NCBI GenBank assembly: GCA_963663475.2
Contig: CAXXJV010000001.1
Coordinates: forward strand, 288,001 to 352,000
Length of the DNA stretch: 64,000 nt
Direction of reading: 5' to 3'
Source: Candidatus Cloacimonadales bacterium
Lineage (GTDB): Bacteria; Cloacimonadota; Cloacimonadia; Cloacimonadales; JAFGVF01
The notes beneath the pieces are model-generated. The model ran no database searches and had not been told where the DNA came from. It saw nothing but the letters and a program-made list of their open reading frames with translations. Below are positions 39,679 to 49,182 of the stretch, one piece after another. Positions within the stretch are counted from its first letter, which is position 1, and every line of letters begins with the position of its first letter. The translations under genes were made by a program, and so were the position numbers.

Positions 39679-39933
39679 CCTTTCTCCTTTTCTTTTTACT
39701 TATTTCTAAGTTAATTCACTTTTTTCTAAAGAGTTATAAATAAAACTCCTTTAGCGTAACAAAATATTTATGATAGCCTATATATGTCAAGACTTTTATT
39801 CTTTTCTTTTGATTAAGTAGGTCATTCTTATCCCAAGTCCTACTGTTGAAGTTTAGAGATACTGGGATAATTTCCAGTAAAATCCAGGCTAGAAAAATTA
39901 AAGCAAGTATTTGCCTTGGGAAAATCCTTGTAG

Positions 39934-40012
39934 CATCACTTACCCTTCCTTTACAGTCTTTCGATGAAAGTCCGTGTTTCATCGAAAGACTGTAAAGGAA
40001 GGGTAAGTGATG
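39934..40012. repeat. 79-bp palindromic element (family D) copy 2
   Basis: Perfect 36-bp stem CATCACTTACCCTTCCTTTACAGTCTTTCGATGAAA, loop GTCCGTG. Confidence 0.92.
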
Positions 40013-40108
40013 ACTAGGGGATAAAAGCATGTTGTAGAATGGAACAATCCCCTTTCTGTGTCGTTCCATAAAAGTGGACTAGATAATTAAACAAACTAGG
40101 AGCTTGAA

Positions 40109-40501
40109 ATGGAAAGAAAAAAGAATATGACTCATAAGATTCAAAAGACCTATAGTGAAAGTTTTAAAATTAAAGTTGTTGACGAAATAGAGAAGGGAGA
40201 TTTAACTCAAGCTGGAGCTTGTAGACTTTACAATATTTCAGATAGCAATGTGAGTAGATGGGTTGCCAATTATGGTATGAATGAACGAGTGGGAAAAAAG
40301 GTGGTAGTTATGACCGATAGAGAAATACGTGAATCTGACCTTTTAAGGAAAGAGAATAAGCAGTTAAAACGAGCATTAGAAGATAGTCAGTTCTCCAACG
40401 AAGTTCTAGAGAAATATATTCATTATATTGCAGAACAAAATGGTATTGATTTAAAAACAAGATCGATTCAGGTTTATCAGAAGATACTCAGAAACTCTTG
40501 A
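40109..40501 (+). CDS. IS3 OrfA (HTH + leucine zipper)
   Basis: YSESFKIKVV...ACRLYNIS...VSRWV; LRKENKQLKRAL. Confidence 0.88.
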   Translation: MERKKNMTHKIQKTYSESFKIKVVDEIEKGDLTQAGACRLYNISDSNVSRWVANYGMNERVGKKVVVMTDREIRESDLLRKENKQLKRALEDSQFSNEVLEKYIHYIAEQNGIDLKTRSIQVYQKILRNS

Positions 40502-41321
40502 TTTCAAGGTTGCTAAAAGGTCAGGAATAAGCCAAATGTGTAGTTTATTACAAGTATCTAAATCAGGTTACTATAAATATCTTCAAACTGTCTCCCAGAG
40601 TTCTACAAATGACTCCCTATGTCTCTCCAGAGTTAAACAATATAGAAAAATTCAGCCTTATTCAGGCACTTATAAATGTTGGAAAATGCTACATAATGAT
40701 GGTTTTAAAATTGGGAGAAATCATCTTAACTGCCTGCTTAAAGAACATAATATGTTGATCAGGAAGAAGAAGAAATATTGCAAAACTTCAATATCAGATG
40801 GTAGTAAGGTATATCCTAATTTACTTAAAGATACCGAAGTAAAGAGGAAAAATCAAGTTTGGGTAACTGATATTACTTATATTTCTAAAGGCAAAGGGTT
40901 TTATTATTTGTTTTTGCTAAGTGATATGTATACTAGACAGATATTGGATTATGAAGTTTCTTCTAATATGTTGACTGATAATCATATAAGGATGTTAAAA
41001 AGACAGCTAAACCATGTTGATAATGCTAACGATCTTGTTCATCATTCAGATCATGGTTCTCAATATACAAGTAATGAGACTATTAGCCTTCTGAAAAAGC
41101 ATGGTATAAAGATTAGTATGACTGGTGATGGTAAATGCTATGATAACCCTATTGCTGAAAGAATAAACTGCACAATGAAGCATGAATTTGGTTTAAATCG
41201 GACATTTAGCACTATAGAAAGTCTTAAAAAAGCTACTAAAGATGCAGTAATGATCTATAACTCTCAGAGACTTCACAAAAGTTTGGGGTATTTTACTCCA
41301 AATGATTTTGCAAATCATTAA
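40455..41321 (+). CDS. IS3 OrfB DDE transposase (frame open from 40455; first ATG 40536)
   Basis: RFRFIRRY...MCSLLQVSKSGYY, VWVTDITY, HHSDHGSQY, YDNPIAERINCTMKHE, YNSQRLHKSLGYFTP. Confidence 0.92.
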   Translation, partial: KQDRFRFIRRYSETLDFKVAKRSGISQMCSLLQVSKSGYYKYLQTVSQSSTNDSLCLSRVKQYRKIQPYSGTYKCWKMLHNDGFKIGRNHLNCLLKEHNMLIRKKKKYCKTSISDGSKVYPNLLKDTEVKRKNQVWVTDITYISKGKGFYYLFLLSDMYTRQILDYEVSSNMLTDNHIRMLKRQLNHVDNANDLVHHSDHGSQYTSNETISLLKKHGIKISMTGDGKCYDNPIAERINCTMKHEFGLNRTFSTIESLKKATKDAVMIYNSQRLHKSLGYFTPNDFANH

Positions 41322-41677
41322 AAGAGGTTACCAGATGATGAACAGATACTTAGCTGAATGTATTTTCTTTTGGAAAATGCGACTAAATTACGAATGCAAA
41401 ATGGAGTCGACAACAGAACTCAAAAGTATGAGTAAATGTCTCATTTTTCAAAAGAGATACATGACTCAGGATACATAAAAAAGGTGTCCACTATATTGGT
41501 ACTTGACATTCGCTAAAAGTGAAAAATGAAAGAGCTTTTACTCAAAGAGAGAGACATTAATATCGGTGTTTTCAGTGTTTTCGGTGGCAATTTTCTTCCT
41601 TCTTCCTTCCCTTTTCTTAAAAACTCTGTGTTAAGGATTTTAAGATATTGATTATTAGTGTTAATTTGTGTTTATTA

Positions 41678-42043
41678 GGCTAAAGTTCAAGTCTGGTGTG
41701 GGAATAATATAGGAAAATGAGAATATTTTATTAAATATTGATTCATCAAAAATCCCTGAAAGGGATAAAATAATTTAGCCCAGGGTAAGATGCTGAAAGT
41801 ATCGCAACCCTGGGTAAAGATGGCTAGCCCAAAGATATTACCCTGTAAGGGTTTAATAAAATGATAAATAATGCATTATTTGGGATTATAATAAGTCTAT
41901 GGTATATATGATGTTATTTAACCCTTTCAGGGTTAGGCTTTGTTTTTCATCACCAGTACCCAGGGTTGCATTCCCTTCAGGAATTTACCCTGGGCTAAAC
42001 TATTTATCCCCTTTTGGGGATTCAAGACTTATCCCCTCAGGAT
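41678..42043. mobile_element. MITE family A copy 2, truncated
   Basis: Starts GGCTAAAGTTCAAGTCTGGTG; colinear with 59801-60153; lacks the last ~120 bp including the second TIR. Confidence 0.88.
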
Positions 42044-42079
42044 ACATAAAAAAGGTGTCCACTATATTGGTACTTGACA
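42036..42079 (+). mobile_element. Second copy of the IS3 right end (44 bp)
   Basis: Identical to 41465-41508 (CTCAGGATACATAAAAAAGGTGTCCACTATATTGGTACTTGACA). Confidence 0.92.
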
Positions 42080-42116
42080 TCTTCTTTTCACGTGGGAAAA
42101 GCCCGAATAAAAGAAG

Positions 42117-42235
42117 ATGCCAGCAGGGATGCTGGTACTCCCAGTGAAGAATGCCAGCAGGGATGCTGGCGCTCCCAGTGAAGAATGCCAGCAAAATGCT
42201 GGCATTCCCAGTTTTGGTGGGCAAGCTGCCCACCA
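42117..42235. repeat. REP family C, three tandem units (34-bp period) plus extra hairpin
   Basis: ATGCCAGCAGGGATGCTGGCGCTCCCAGT-like units at 42117, 42151, 42185; TGGTGGGCAAGCTGCCCACCA. Confidence 0.85.
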
Positions 42236-42291
42236 TTCAACAAAAGCTATTCTCCAAGGTTCCAAAGAAAGTTCTACTAGAACATTGGCTT

Positions 42292-45216
42292 TTATTCTAA
42301 GATATTTTCAATGTTATCGAAGAGATCTTTATCTTCTTGGATTTTACTATCAGCACCAACAGTAACTCTAATACCACCAGCTAGGGCTTTCTTAAAGTTA
42401 TCAGCTTGAGCTTTAACTTGTTCAGGGCTAGTATTGAGTAATTCCTTTCTTAAATTTTGCCTATATTCTGGTGTAATATTAGCATAATTAAAATGGAAAG
42501 AGGTATCAAGGACCATTCGAGGAGATAATGGAATATCTATATTAGCAATAGAACCAATAATTTGTTTAGACATTTCTGCTTGTGAAGCAGTAAAATTGCT
42601 TAAATATTCAGGAATACCTTGGTAAACTTTATATGTCTTAGCAAGATTAGGGTCTCTATAAGATACTAAGGAGAAATGACCACCATCACCGTAAGAGAAG
42701 ATAGCTCCATAAGCACCACCTTGAACTCTAATATTATTATAGAGATAATCTGAGCTTAGGATATTATTAATCACAATATGGCTACCTTTATAAGACATGC
42801 CTACTTCTTCATAATCACAGACTAATCCTGTGTATTGCACGTTGATTGGAGCAGTTAAAGCTAGGTTCTTGTGTTTTTTTGTGAAGTTGATAGGGGAAAG
42901 ATTGGTTTGAGCTTGAGGTAAGAGGTCTACAAACTTTGTCATAAGATCCTTAACAGCCTGATTATCCGCCTTTTCACCAGCAATACCTAGAATAAATCCT
43001 TGTTGGAAAATTTTCTTGGAAACTCTTTCTAAGTTTTCTTTAATTAAGTCAAATTTCTCATCAAAGTTCTTTTCAAGATCTACTAGGAATCTGTAGAAGT
43101 TATATCCTGAGCTTTCATTAGTATAATCATACTCAAAACGTAACTGGGCTCTACCTTGATTAATAGCCAACATATGGCCAGCTTGAATCATCATCATTTC
43201 TTTACGAGACTTAAGTTCTCTAATTATTTGTTGAATTCTAGTTTTGTTATCAAACTTAGATTGGAGGAGAATTTCCTCTAAGAATTGAGAGATATGGTTA
43301 ATTTTTGACTGGAGAGCTTTCACAGCAACAGACAGGATAATACTAGCTTCATTTCTGCCTTTAGCACTTGGAGTGAAATCACAAGCAAGATTGAACTGTC
43401 CTAAGTTTATATGAATTTCATTTGCTAATTCATTATACTTAAAGTTCTTTGTATCAACCTTAGTTAGAAGGGATTGAAGTAAGCCTAACCACTTCCAATC
43501 TTGTCTATCTAAAACTTTAGCATTAAAGTCTAATCTTACATAAGAAATCTTATTTGTTGGAGAATCAACTTCTAGGTAGTTATATTTTTCTTCCTGAGTA
43601 ATTGTATATTCTACAGGAAGAGGATTTGGACTAATATCAGCAAGTTCGATGTGAGGAATTTTGCTTAATTCTTCTTCAGTATCAGGTGTTTGCTGACGTT
43701 TTCTAAGAACTTCATTCTTCTTGATTAATTTAGCTAAATCATCTTCATTAAGAGATTTCTTATATTCTGCTAATGCTTCTTTAAGCTTTTGGTTTTTCTC
43801 TTCAGTAAGTCCTTTTTTAGGTAATAAGGTCACTACTGCTTGGTGGTTATTTTCTAAAATATAATCTTTGATAAGTTGTTCAAAATAGCCATTATCAGCT
43901 TGATTTCTGATATAATCAAGAGAACTTTCAAACTCTAAATAAAGCATAGGGTCATCACAATGCATCCAGCCATTAAAGGCTTGCATCTGGTAGAAAAGCC
44001 CCTTAGGATAGGTACGAGTATCTGCTTCTCTTAATTGGAATTCTAAAGAGTTGATGACAGCTTCTTTGAGTTTTTTATCTATACCTTCCTTGACTAATTT
44101 ATTTAAGCAATCTGTGATAACATTAGCAATTTTGTCTTTTTCAGAAGGGTTTGTATTTTTAACAATAAAAGATAGGACTGGTTGCAAGATAGAAGAATCA
44201 TGAATTGAGAAAACATCTTGCCCTAAGCCAGCTTCAAGTAATGCTTCTTTAAGTGGAGCCCCTTCCATATCAATCAGGATATTACTTAAAAGTCCTATTC
44301 CCATATTAGTTCTTGCGTCATTAATATTGCCTACACTGTAGCTATGACAGATAAAGCTTTTATTTTCTTCAGAATCAGATTGTCCAATTGGGTAGTAATC
44401 AACACTTTCTTGGGGCTGAGTAAAAGCTTTTTGAAGTGGAATATCTGTATCAATATCTAATCTATCAAAATTAGTTAAATATTCATTATCAATCTTCTTA
44501 AGAGCTGCTTCTAAATCTAAATCACCATAAAGAGAAATATAACTGTTGCTTGGATGATAATATCTTTTATGGAAATTTAAAAACTTTTCATAAGTTAGTT
44601 GAGGTATAACATCTGGATCTCCACCAGACTCATAACTATAGCAGTTATCAGGATTCAAGACTGCTTGAATCTTACGGTAGATGATAGATTCTGGAGATGA
44701 GAAAGCACCTTTCATTTCATTATAAACAACACCATTAAAAATAACTTCATCTTCTTTATTGAAGATTTCATGATGCCAACCCTCTTGTAAGAATATTTCT
44801 TCTGTATCATAAATCTTAGGATATAAAACAGCATCTAAGTAAACATCCATAAGGTTCATGAAATCTTTTTGATTTGTGCTAGCTATTGGGTACATTGTCT
44901 TATCAGAAGCTGTAAAAGCATTCAAGAAAGTCTTTAATGACCCCTTAACTAGTTCCATAAAAGGCTCTTTACAAGGGTATTTACGAGAACCGTTCAAGAC
45001 TGAATGTTCCAGGATATGAGGGGTTCCACAAGAATCTTCTGGTAATGTTTTGAAACCAATAGTAAAGACTTTATTTATATCATCATTTTTAAAATATAGT
45101 AAGCCAGCTCCATTCTTTTGATGTTCAAAATAATAAAGGGTATTGTTTATTTCTTTTATCTCTTTTATCCATTTAAGTTCAAAGTTCTGATAGCTCTTTC
45201 CTATCTCTAAATTCAT
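42292..45216 (-). CDS. M16C insulinase-family metallopeptidase (PreP/presequence protease-like)
   Basis: HILEHSVLNGS (HxxEH), FLNAFT, GVVYNEMKG, IRVQGGAYG, SYRDPN. Confidence 0.95.
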   Translation of the reverse strand: MNLEIGKSYQNFELKWIKEIKEINNTLYYFEHQKNGAGLLYFKNDDINKVFTIGFKTLPEDSCGTPHILEHSVLNGSRKYPCKEPFMELVKGSLKTFLNAFTASDKTMYPIASTNQKDFMNLMDVYLDAVLYPKIYDTEEIFLQEGWHHEIFNKEDEVIFNGVVYNEMKGAFSSPESIIYRKIQAVLNPDNCYSYESGGDPDVIPQLTYEKFLNFHKRYYHPSNSYISLYGDLDLEAALKKIDNEYLTNFDRLDIDTDIPLQKAFTQPQESVDYYPIGQSDSEENKSFICHSYSVGNINDARTNMGIGLLSNILIDMEGAPLKEALLEAGLGQDVFSIHDSSILQPVLSFIVKNTNPSEKDKIANVITDCLNKLVKEGIDKKLKEAVINSLEFQLREADTRTYPKGLFYQMQAFNGWMHCDDPMLYLEFESSLDYIRNQADNGYFEQLIKDYILENNHQAVVTLLPKKGLTEEKNQKLKEALAEYKKSLNEDDLAKLIKKNEVLRKRQQTPDTEEELSKIPHIELADISPNPLPVEYTITQEEKYNYLEVDSPTNKISYVRLDFNAKVLDRQDWKWLGLLQSLLTKVDTKNFKYNELANEIHINLGQFNLACDFTPSAKGRNEASIILSVAVKALQSKINHISQFLEEILLQSKFDNKTRIQQIIRELKSRKEMMMIQAGHMLAINQGRAQLRFEYDYTNESSGYNFYRFLVDLEKNFDEKFDLIKENLERVSKKIFQQGFILGIAGEKADNQAVKDLMTKFVDLLPQAQTNLSPINFTKKHKNLALTAPINVQYTGLVCDYEEVGMSYKGSHIVINNILSSDYLYNNIRVQGGAYGAIFSYGDGGHFSLVSYRDPNLAKTYKVYQGIPEYLSNFTASQAEMSKQIIGSIANIDIPLSPRMVLDTSFHFNYANITPEYRQNLRKELLNTSPEQVKAQADNFKKALAGGIRVTVGADSKIQEDKDLFDNIENILE

Positions 45217-45229
45217 TATAACTCCTTAT

Positions 45230-46111
45230 CTATTTCTTAATTAATTTGTATCTTTTTAAAGTTTCTTTGAGCAAATCTCTGTTCTTTTCCTCCAATAACG
45301 TAAGTGGCATTCTTATCTCTAAATCTATCATTCCTATCATTGCTAAAGCTTCTTTAACAGGAATTGGATTTGTTTCAATAAACATAATACTATTGAGGTC
45401 TAATATTTCTTCATGCAATTTTCTAGCCTCATTCCATTTATTATCCATACAAAGTGCCCATAGTCTGTGAACTTTATCAGGGATAATATTAGCTGTAACA
45501 GATATAGTTCCCTTGCAACCGACAGAGTAAAGGGGAAGATTTAAAGCATCTTCTCCAGACATAACAGAGAAATTCTTATCTGTTCCCATTACAATACGAG
45601 AAGCTTGAAGAATATCGCCAGTGGCTTCTTTGATTCCTACTATGTTCTTACAGTCTTTAGCAAGTTTGATAGTAGTCTCAGAATTCATATTCACTCCTGT
45701 TCTACCAGGAACATTGTAAATTACGATTGGAATTTTAACTTGATCAGCTATTAGCTTAAAGTATTCGTAGAGACTCTTCTGTGTAGGTTTGATATAATAA
45801 GGAGTTATTACTAGCGCATAATCAACCCCTAAGTTCTCAGCTTTCTTGGTTAGTGAAAGTGTCTGATGATAATTATTAGTACCAGTACCAACCATTATCT
45901 TAACTCTCTTGTCTATCTTCTGAATACAAAACTGTAGTAAACGTTCTCTTTCATCAGAAGCAATGTTTGGTGATTCACCTGTTGTTCCCATTAAAAGAAT
46001 ACCATCTGTTCCATTCTTAATGTGAAACTCTATTAATTTTTCTAAAGCATTATAGTCTATATCATTGTTTTTAAAGGGGTTTACTAAAGCAACATAAGAT
46101 CCTTTTAACAT
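45230..46111 (-). CDS. dapA: 4-hydroxy-tetrahydrodipicolinate synthase
   Basis: GTTGES, TPYYIKP, YNVPGRTG, GIKEATG, ETNPIPVK. Confidence 0.95.
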   Translation of the reverse strand: MLKGSYVALVNPFKNNDIDYNALEKLIEFHIKNGTDGILLMGTTGESPNIASDERERLLQFCIQKIDKRVKIMVGTGTNNYHQTLSLTKKAENLGVDYALVITPYYIKPTQKSLYEYFKLIADQVKIPIVIYNVPGRTGVNMNSETTIKLAKDCKNIVGIKEATGDILQASRIVMGTDKNFSVMSGEDALNLPLYSVGCKGTISVTANIIPDKVHRLWALCMDNKWNEARKLHEEILDLNSIMFIETNPIPVKEALAMIGMIDLEIRMPLTLLEEKNRDLLKETLKRYKLIKK

Positions 46112-46155
46112 AATTTTCTCCTTATTAAGCTCGAAAGCATGTTTATATTTTTACA

Positions 46156-46184
46156 AGTATAATAAAACGCTGTTAATACGTCAA
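46156..46184 (-). promoter_or_regulatory. Sigma70-type promoter of dapA
   Basis: Minus strand TTGACG-17 nt-TATACT. Confidence 0.65.
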
Positions 46185-46329
46185 TTAAAAATTTAAGAAA
46201 ATAGAGAAAGACTAAATGGAGACTGCTCAAGCAGCAAGCCACCTTCTTTATATTAATCTCATAGATGAAACATTTTTCACAGTGTATTTTGTTGTTTGTT
46301 GTTTAAACCCAAAAAATATTTTTTTAGTA

Positions 46330-46358
46330 TTGACAAACAAATCCTAATCAAATAAATT
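46330..46358 (+). promoter_or_regulatory. Sigma70-type promoter
   Basis: TTGACA-17 nt-TAAATT upstream of 46517 CDS. Confidence 0.55.
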
Positions 46359-46516
46359 AGATTTAGAATTTGAAATTACATTAATAAGATAATTTAAAAA
46401 ATAATTAGAAATAATGAAACAGACAATAATAGCTATTGTTATACTTATATATATCATCATATAAGATAGACAATGGAATTTACATGGCCTATCTTTTAAC
46501 TAACTAAGGGAAAATT

Positions 46517-48718
46517 ATGAAAAAAATCAGTTTAGTTTTAGCATTTACATTTCTAATAGGCTTAGTTTGGAGCTTAGAGTACTCTTCAATTCTATCAGTG
46601 TCAGAAGAATCACTTTCAGCAGCTAGTAAAGATTCTACTCTATATCTAGCTAGTCTAAATGGATTATCTATTTATAATTACACTAATGAAAGCCTAGAAT
46701 TAGTGAATACAATTATTTCTCCCAATAATCTAATAACCAATGTAGTAAGAGCTTCTGGTAACTATCTTGTCCATGGTACTTATGCCTACCGCTTGTATGA
46801 TCTCACAGATAGCCATAATCCAGTTGAAATAATGACTCTTAATCATGGTCATATTGCTGAGATATATGATGTTGGGGACTATCTTCTTGTTAGAGCTGAT
46901 AATCTTTATGCATATAATACTAATGATTTTAGCATTCCACCAACCCAATTATTAGAATCTGTAGGAGAAATTAAAATCTATGATAACCTGCTTTTCCAAT
47001 TGATTCGTAATGCAGAAGAACATAGAGAGTTACGAATGTATACCATGAGCTTACCTACAGGCTTAGAGTTAATTGATTCTCTTCAAATAAACGATAATGG
47101 AGACTATTCTGTGATGGCTATTCAGAATGAAAGAGTCTTTACCAGAGAAAAAAATTACCTTAAAGTTTTTTCTTTCTCAAATGGATTAGAACTTTTAGAG
47201 ACCTTTGGTCCATTGCCCTCTTTGGATGATGATCCCAGCGATTTTAGGACTATTGGAAATTCATCAACTCTCATAAGTACAGATGGTTACTATTGGGATA
47301 TTAGTGAAGTGACTAATATTACCCAATATCAAAGTTGGCGAGATCCTCATTATTACTACCGATCAAAAGCAACTATTATCGGAGATTACTATATTAAACC
47401 AAATTTAGAGTATGGCCTAGTTATTGTTGATTTTAGTGATATAGAAAACGCAGATATTATATATGAGTACAATTATTATTATAATCCTGTAGGGGTAGAA
47501 ATTATTGACAATACTCTTTTGGATCTTGCTTACCCAAAACTAACAATGTATGATTTATCTAATGCTGAGAATATTGAAGAAACATTTTCAATTGAAGCTG
47601 AAGATTGGGATGGTCGATTTAAGAGCTATTGTCTTGCTGAAGATAAACTAATCTTAAATACCGATCAATACATCAACATCTATAATACAGAAAATGGCAT
47701 ATCTCAAGCTGAATTTTCGTCTTCAATAGGTTTTGGACAAGTTGGTCTAGTTGCTTCTTATAATAATTACCTCTACCATATAGGGCCAGAATCTCTAAAC
47801 ATGCAAATTATTGATATTTCTAATACCGATGATCCTGAGATAATTACCTCTGTATCTGTTCAAGAAATATCAGATTATCCTGTTAATCTTTATATTATTG
47901 ATAATTATCTAATATTAGTTAACCACACTAGGCTTATGGCAATATATGACTTAAATAATCCCCTTCAACCTCAGTTTTTAAGTACATCCAGTTTTAACAC
48001 TTTACTTGGTAACCAACATTATACTGACGATATTGAGATTATTGTACAAAACAATATTGCATATGTTTCATTTGTCAATTATTGGACAGTAAATCAGATT
48101 TATTTATCAGATATTTTCATCTTTGATATCACAGATATCGAGAACTGGATTTTACTGAATACAATAACTTCTGATGTAATAAGAAGTAATTCTATTGAAG
48201 TTGTGGGTGATTACCTCTACAGTGTAAGCATGGAACTTGAAGCTCAAATTTACATGTATCAACTTGATGGCCTAGGTGGTTTTAGTCTGCTTGCATCATA
48301 TACTTCAGATATTTGTACTCAAAGTCAAGTTACTGACTTTGATGTTTTCAACGGAAAATTGTATCTTTGCCAAGAATATGTCTTATCTTGCTTTGACATA
48401 CTTTACTATACCGAAAATGATACCTATGAAATTGTACCTTCAAATGAGATTTCAGCTTATAATTACCCAAATCCCTTTAACCCTGAAACTACTATTTCTT
48501 ATGAACTTGCAAATAAAGGAAATGTAAGTGTAGATATTTATAATCTAAAAGGGCAGAAAGTAAAGACATTGTTTTCTGAAAGTCAAGAAGCAGGCATGCA
48601 TAGTCTTGTTTGGAGGGGAGACAATGATGCAGGCAAACAGGTATCCTCTGGAACATATTTGTATCGTGTAAAAAGTGGCAATGATGAGATAGTTAAGAAA
48701 ATGCTAATAATGAAGTAG
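46517..48718 (+). CDS. LVIVD-repeat beta-propeller protein with FlgD-Ig/T9SS-like C-terminal domain
   Basis: Signal peptide; GLVIVDFSD, MQIIDISNTDDP, AIYDLNNPLQP repeats; NYPNPFNPETTI...KKMLIMK. Confidence 0.85.
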   Translation: MKKISLVLAFTFLIGLVWSLEYSSILSVSEESLSAASKDSTLYLASLNGLSIYNYTNESLELVNTIISPNNLITNVVRASGNYLVHGTYAYRLYDLTDSHNPVEIMTLNHGHIAEIYDVGDYLLVRADNLYAYNTNDFSIPPTQLLESVGEIKIYDNLLFQLIRNAEEHRELRMYTMSLPTGLELIDSLQINDNGDYSVMAIQNERVFTREKNYLKVFSFSNGLELLETFGPLPSLDDDPSDFRTIGNSSTLISTDGYYWDISEVTNITQYQSWRDPHYYYRSKATIIGDYYIKPNLEYGLVIVDFSDIENADIIYEYNYYYNPVGVEIIDNTLLDLAYPKLTMYDLSNAENIEETFSIEAEDWDGRFKSYCLAEDKLILNTDQYINIYNTENGISQAEFSSSIGFGQVGLVASYNNYLYHIGPESLNMQIIDISNTDDPEIITSVSVQEISDYPVNLYIIDNYLILVNHTRLMAIYDLNNPLQPQFLSTSSFNTLLGNQHYTDDIEIIVQNNIAYVSFVNYWTVNQIYLSDIFIFDITDIENWILLNTITSDVIRSNSIEVVGDYLYSVSMELEAQIYMYQLDGLGGFSLLASYTSDICTQSQVTDFDVFNGKLYLCQEYVLSCFDILYYTENDTYEIVPSNEISAYNYPNPFNPETTISYELANKGNVSVDIYNLKGQKVKTLFSESQEAGMHSLVWRGDNDAGKQVSSGTYLYRVKSGNDEIVKKMLIMK

Positions 48719-48817
48719 AAGAAAAAAGGAAGCTATAAAATAAATCTTGACTAATATTTATGTTATATAATTTTAGTAATCTATATAAAAATCTATAAAA
48801 GAAGGGGGTGATGTAAA

Positions 48818-49024
48818 GTGCCTAAAGTAGTCGGAAGAGACAATGAACCTTTTGATATCCTTTTGAAGAGATTCAAAAAGAGATGTGAAAAAGCTGCTAT
48901 CTTATCAGATATCAAGAAGAATCAGTACTTTGAAAAACCTTCTGTTAAGAAAAGAAGAGAAGAGAATGTTGCAAAGCGTAAAATGGTTAAAGCGATGAGA
49001 AAAATGAATCGTTTCAACAAGTAG
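48818..49024 (+). CDS. rpsU: 30S ribosomal protein S21
   Basis: LKRFKKRCEKA, YFEKPSVKKR. Confidence 0.96.
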   Translation: MPKVVGRDNEPFDILLKRFKKRCEKAAILSDIKKNQYFEKPSVKKRREENVAKRKMVKAMRKMNRFNK

Positions 49025-49145
49025 TTTTACGACTGATAGAATTGAGTAGCTAGTAATTATTTTCTACTGATAGTAATCAACTTTCAGTTTTAATAAAAAT
49101 CGATTATTGATAGAGATTTGATAGATACTTAATTTGAAGAGATTG

Positions 49146-49178
49146 AAGAGTGCTGATTAATCGGCACTCTTTTTTTTT
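49146..49178 (+). terminator. Terminator after rpsU
   Basis: AAGAGTGCTGA-TTAA-TCGGCACTCTT + T-run. Confidence 0.8.
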
Positions 49179-49182
49179 AATA

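Larger units (their letters stand above)
40057..41508 (+). mobile_element. IS3-family insertion sequence (1452 bp)
   Basis: TG...CA ends; imperfect IRs TGTGTCGTTCCATAAAAGTGGAC / GTCCACTATATTGGTACTTGACA (16/23); 3-bp TTC target duplication; orfA+orfB. Confidence 0.92.

Noticed and set aside
39734-40069. 111-aa ORF upstream of rplM
   Set aside because: It spans the 79-bp palindrome and the IS end, covers the rplM promoter region and has no protein-like motif.
40057-42079. Treating the second right end as the true IS3 boundary
   Set aside because: The TTC target duplication matches only the end at 41508.
46185-46516. Lysine riboswitch upstream of dapA
   Set aside because: A promoter lies ~45 nt from the start codon and there is no riboswitch consensus.
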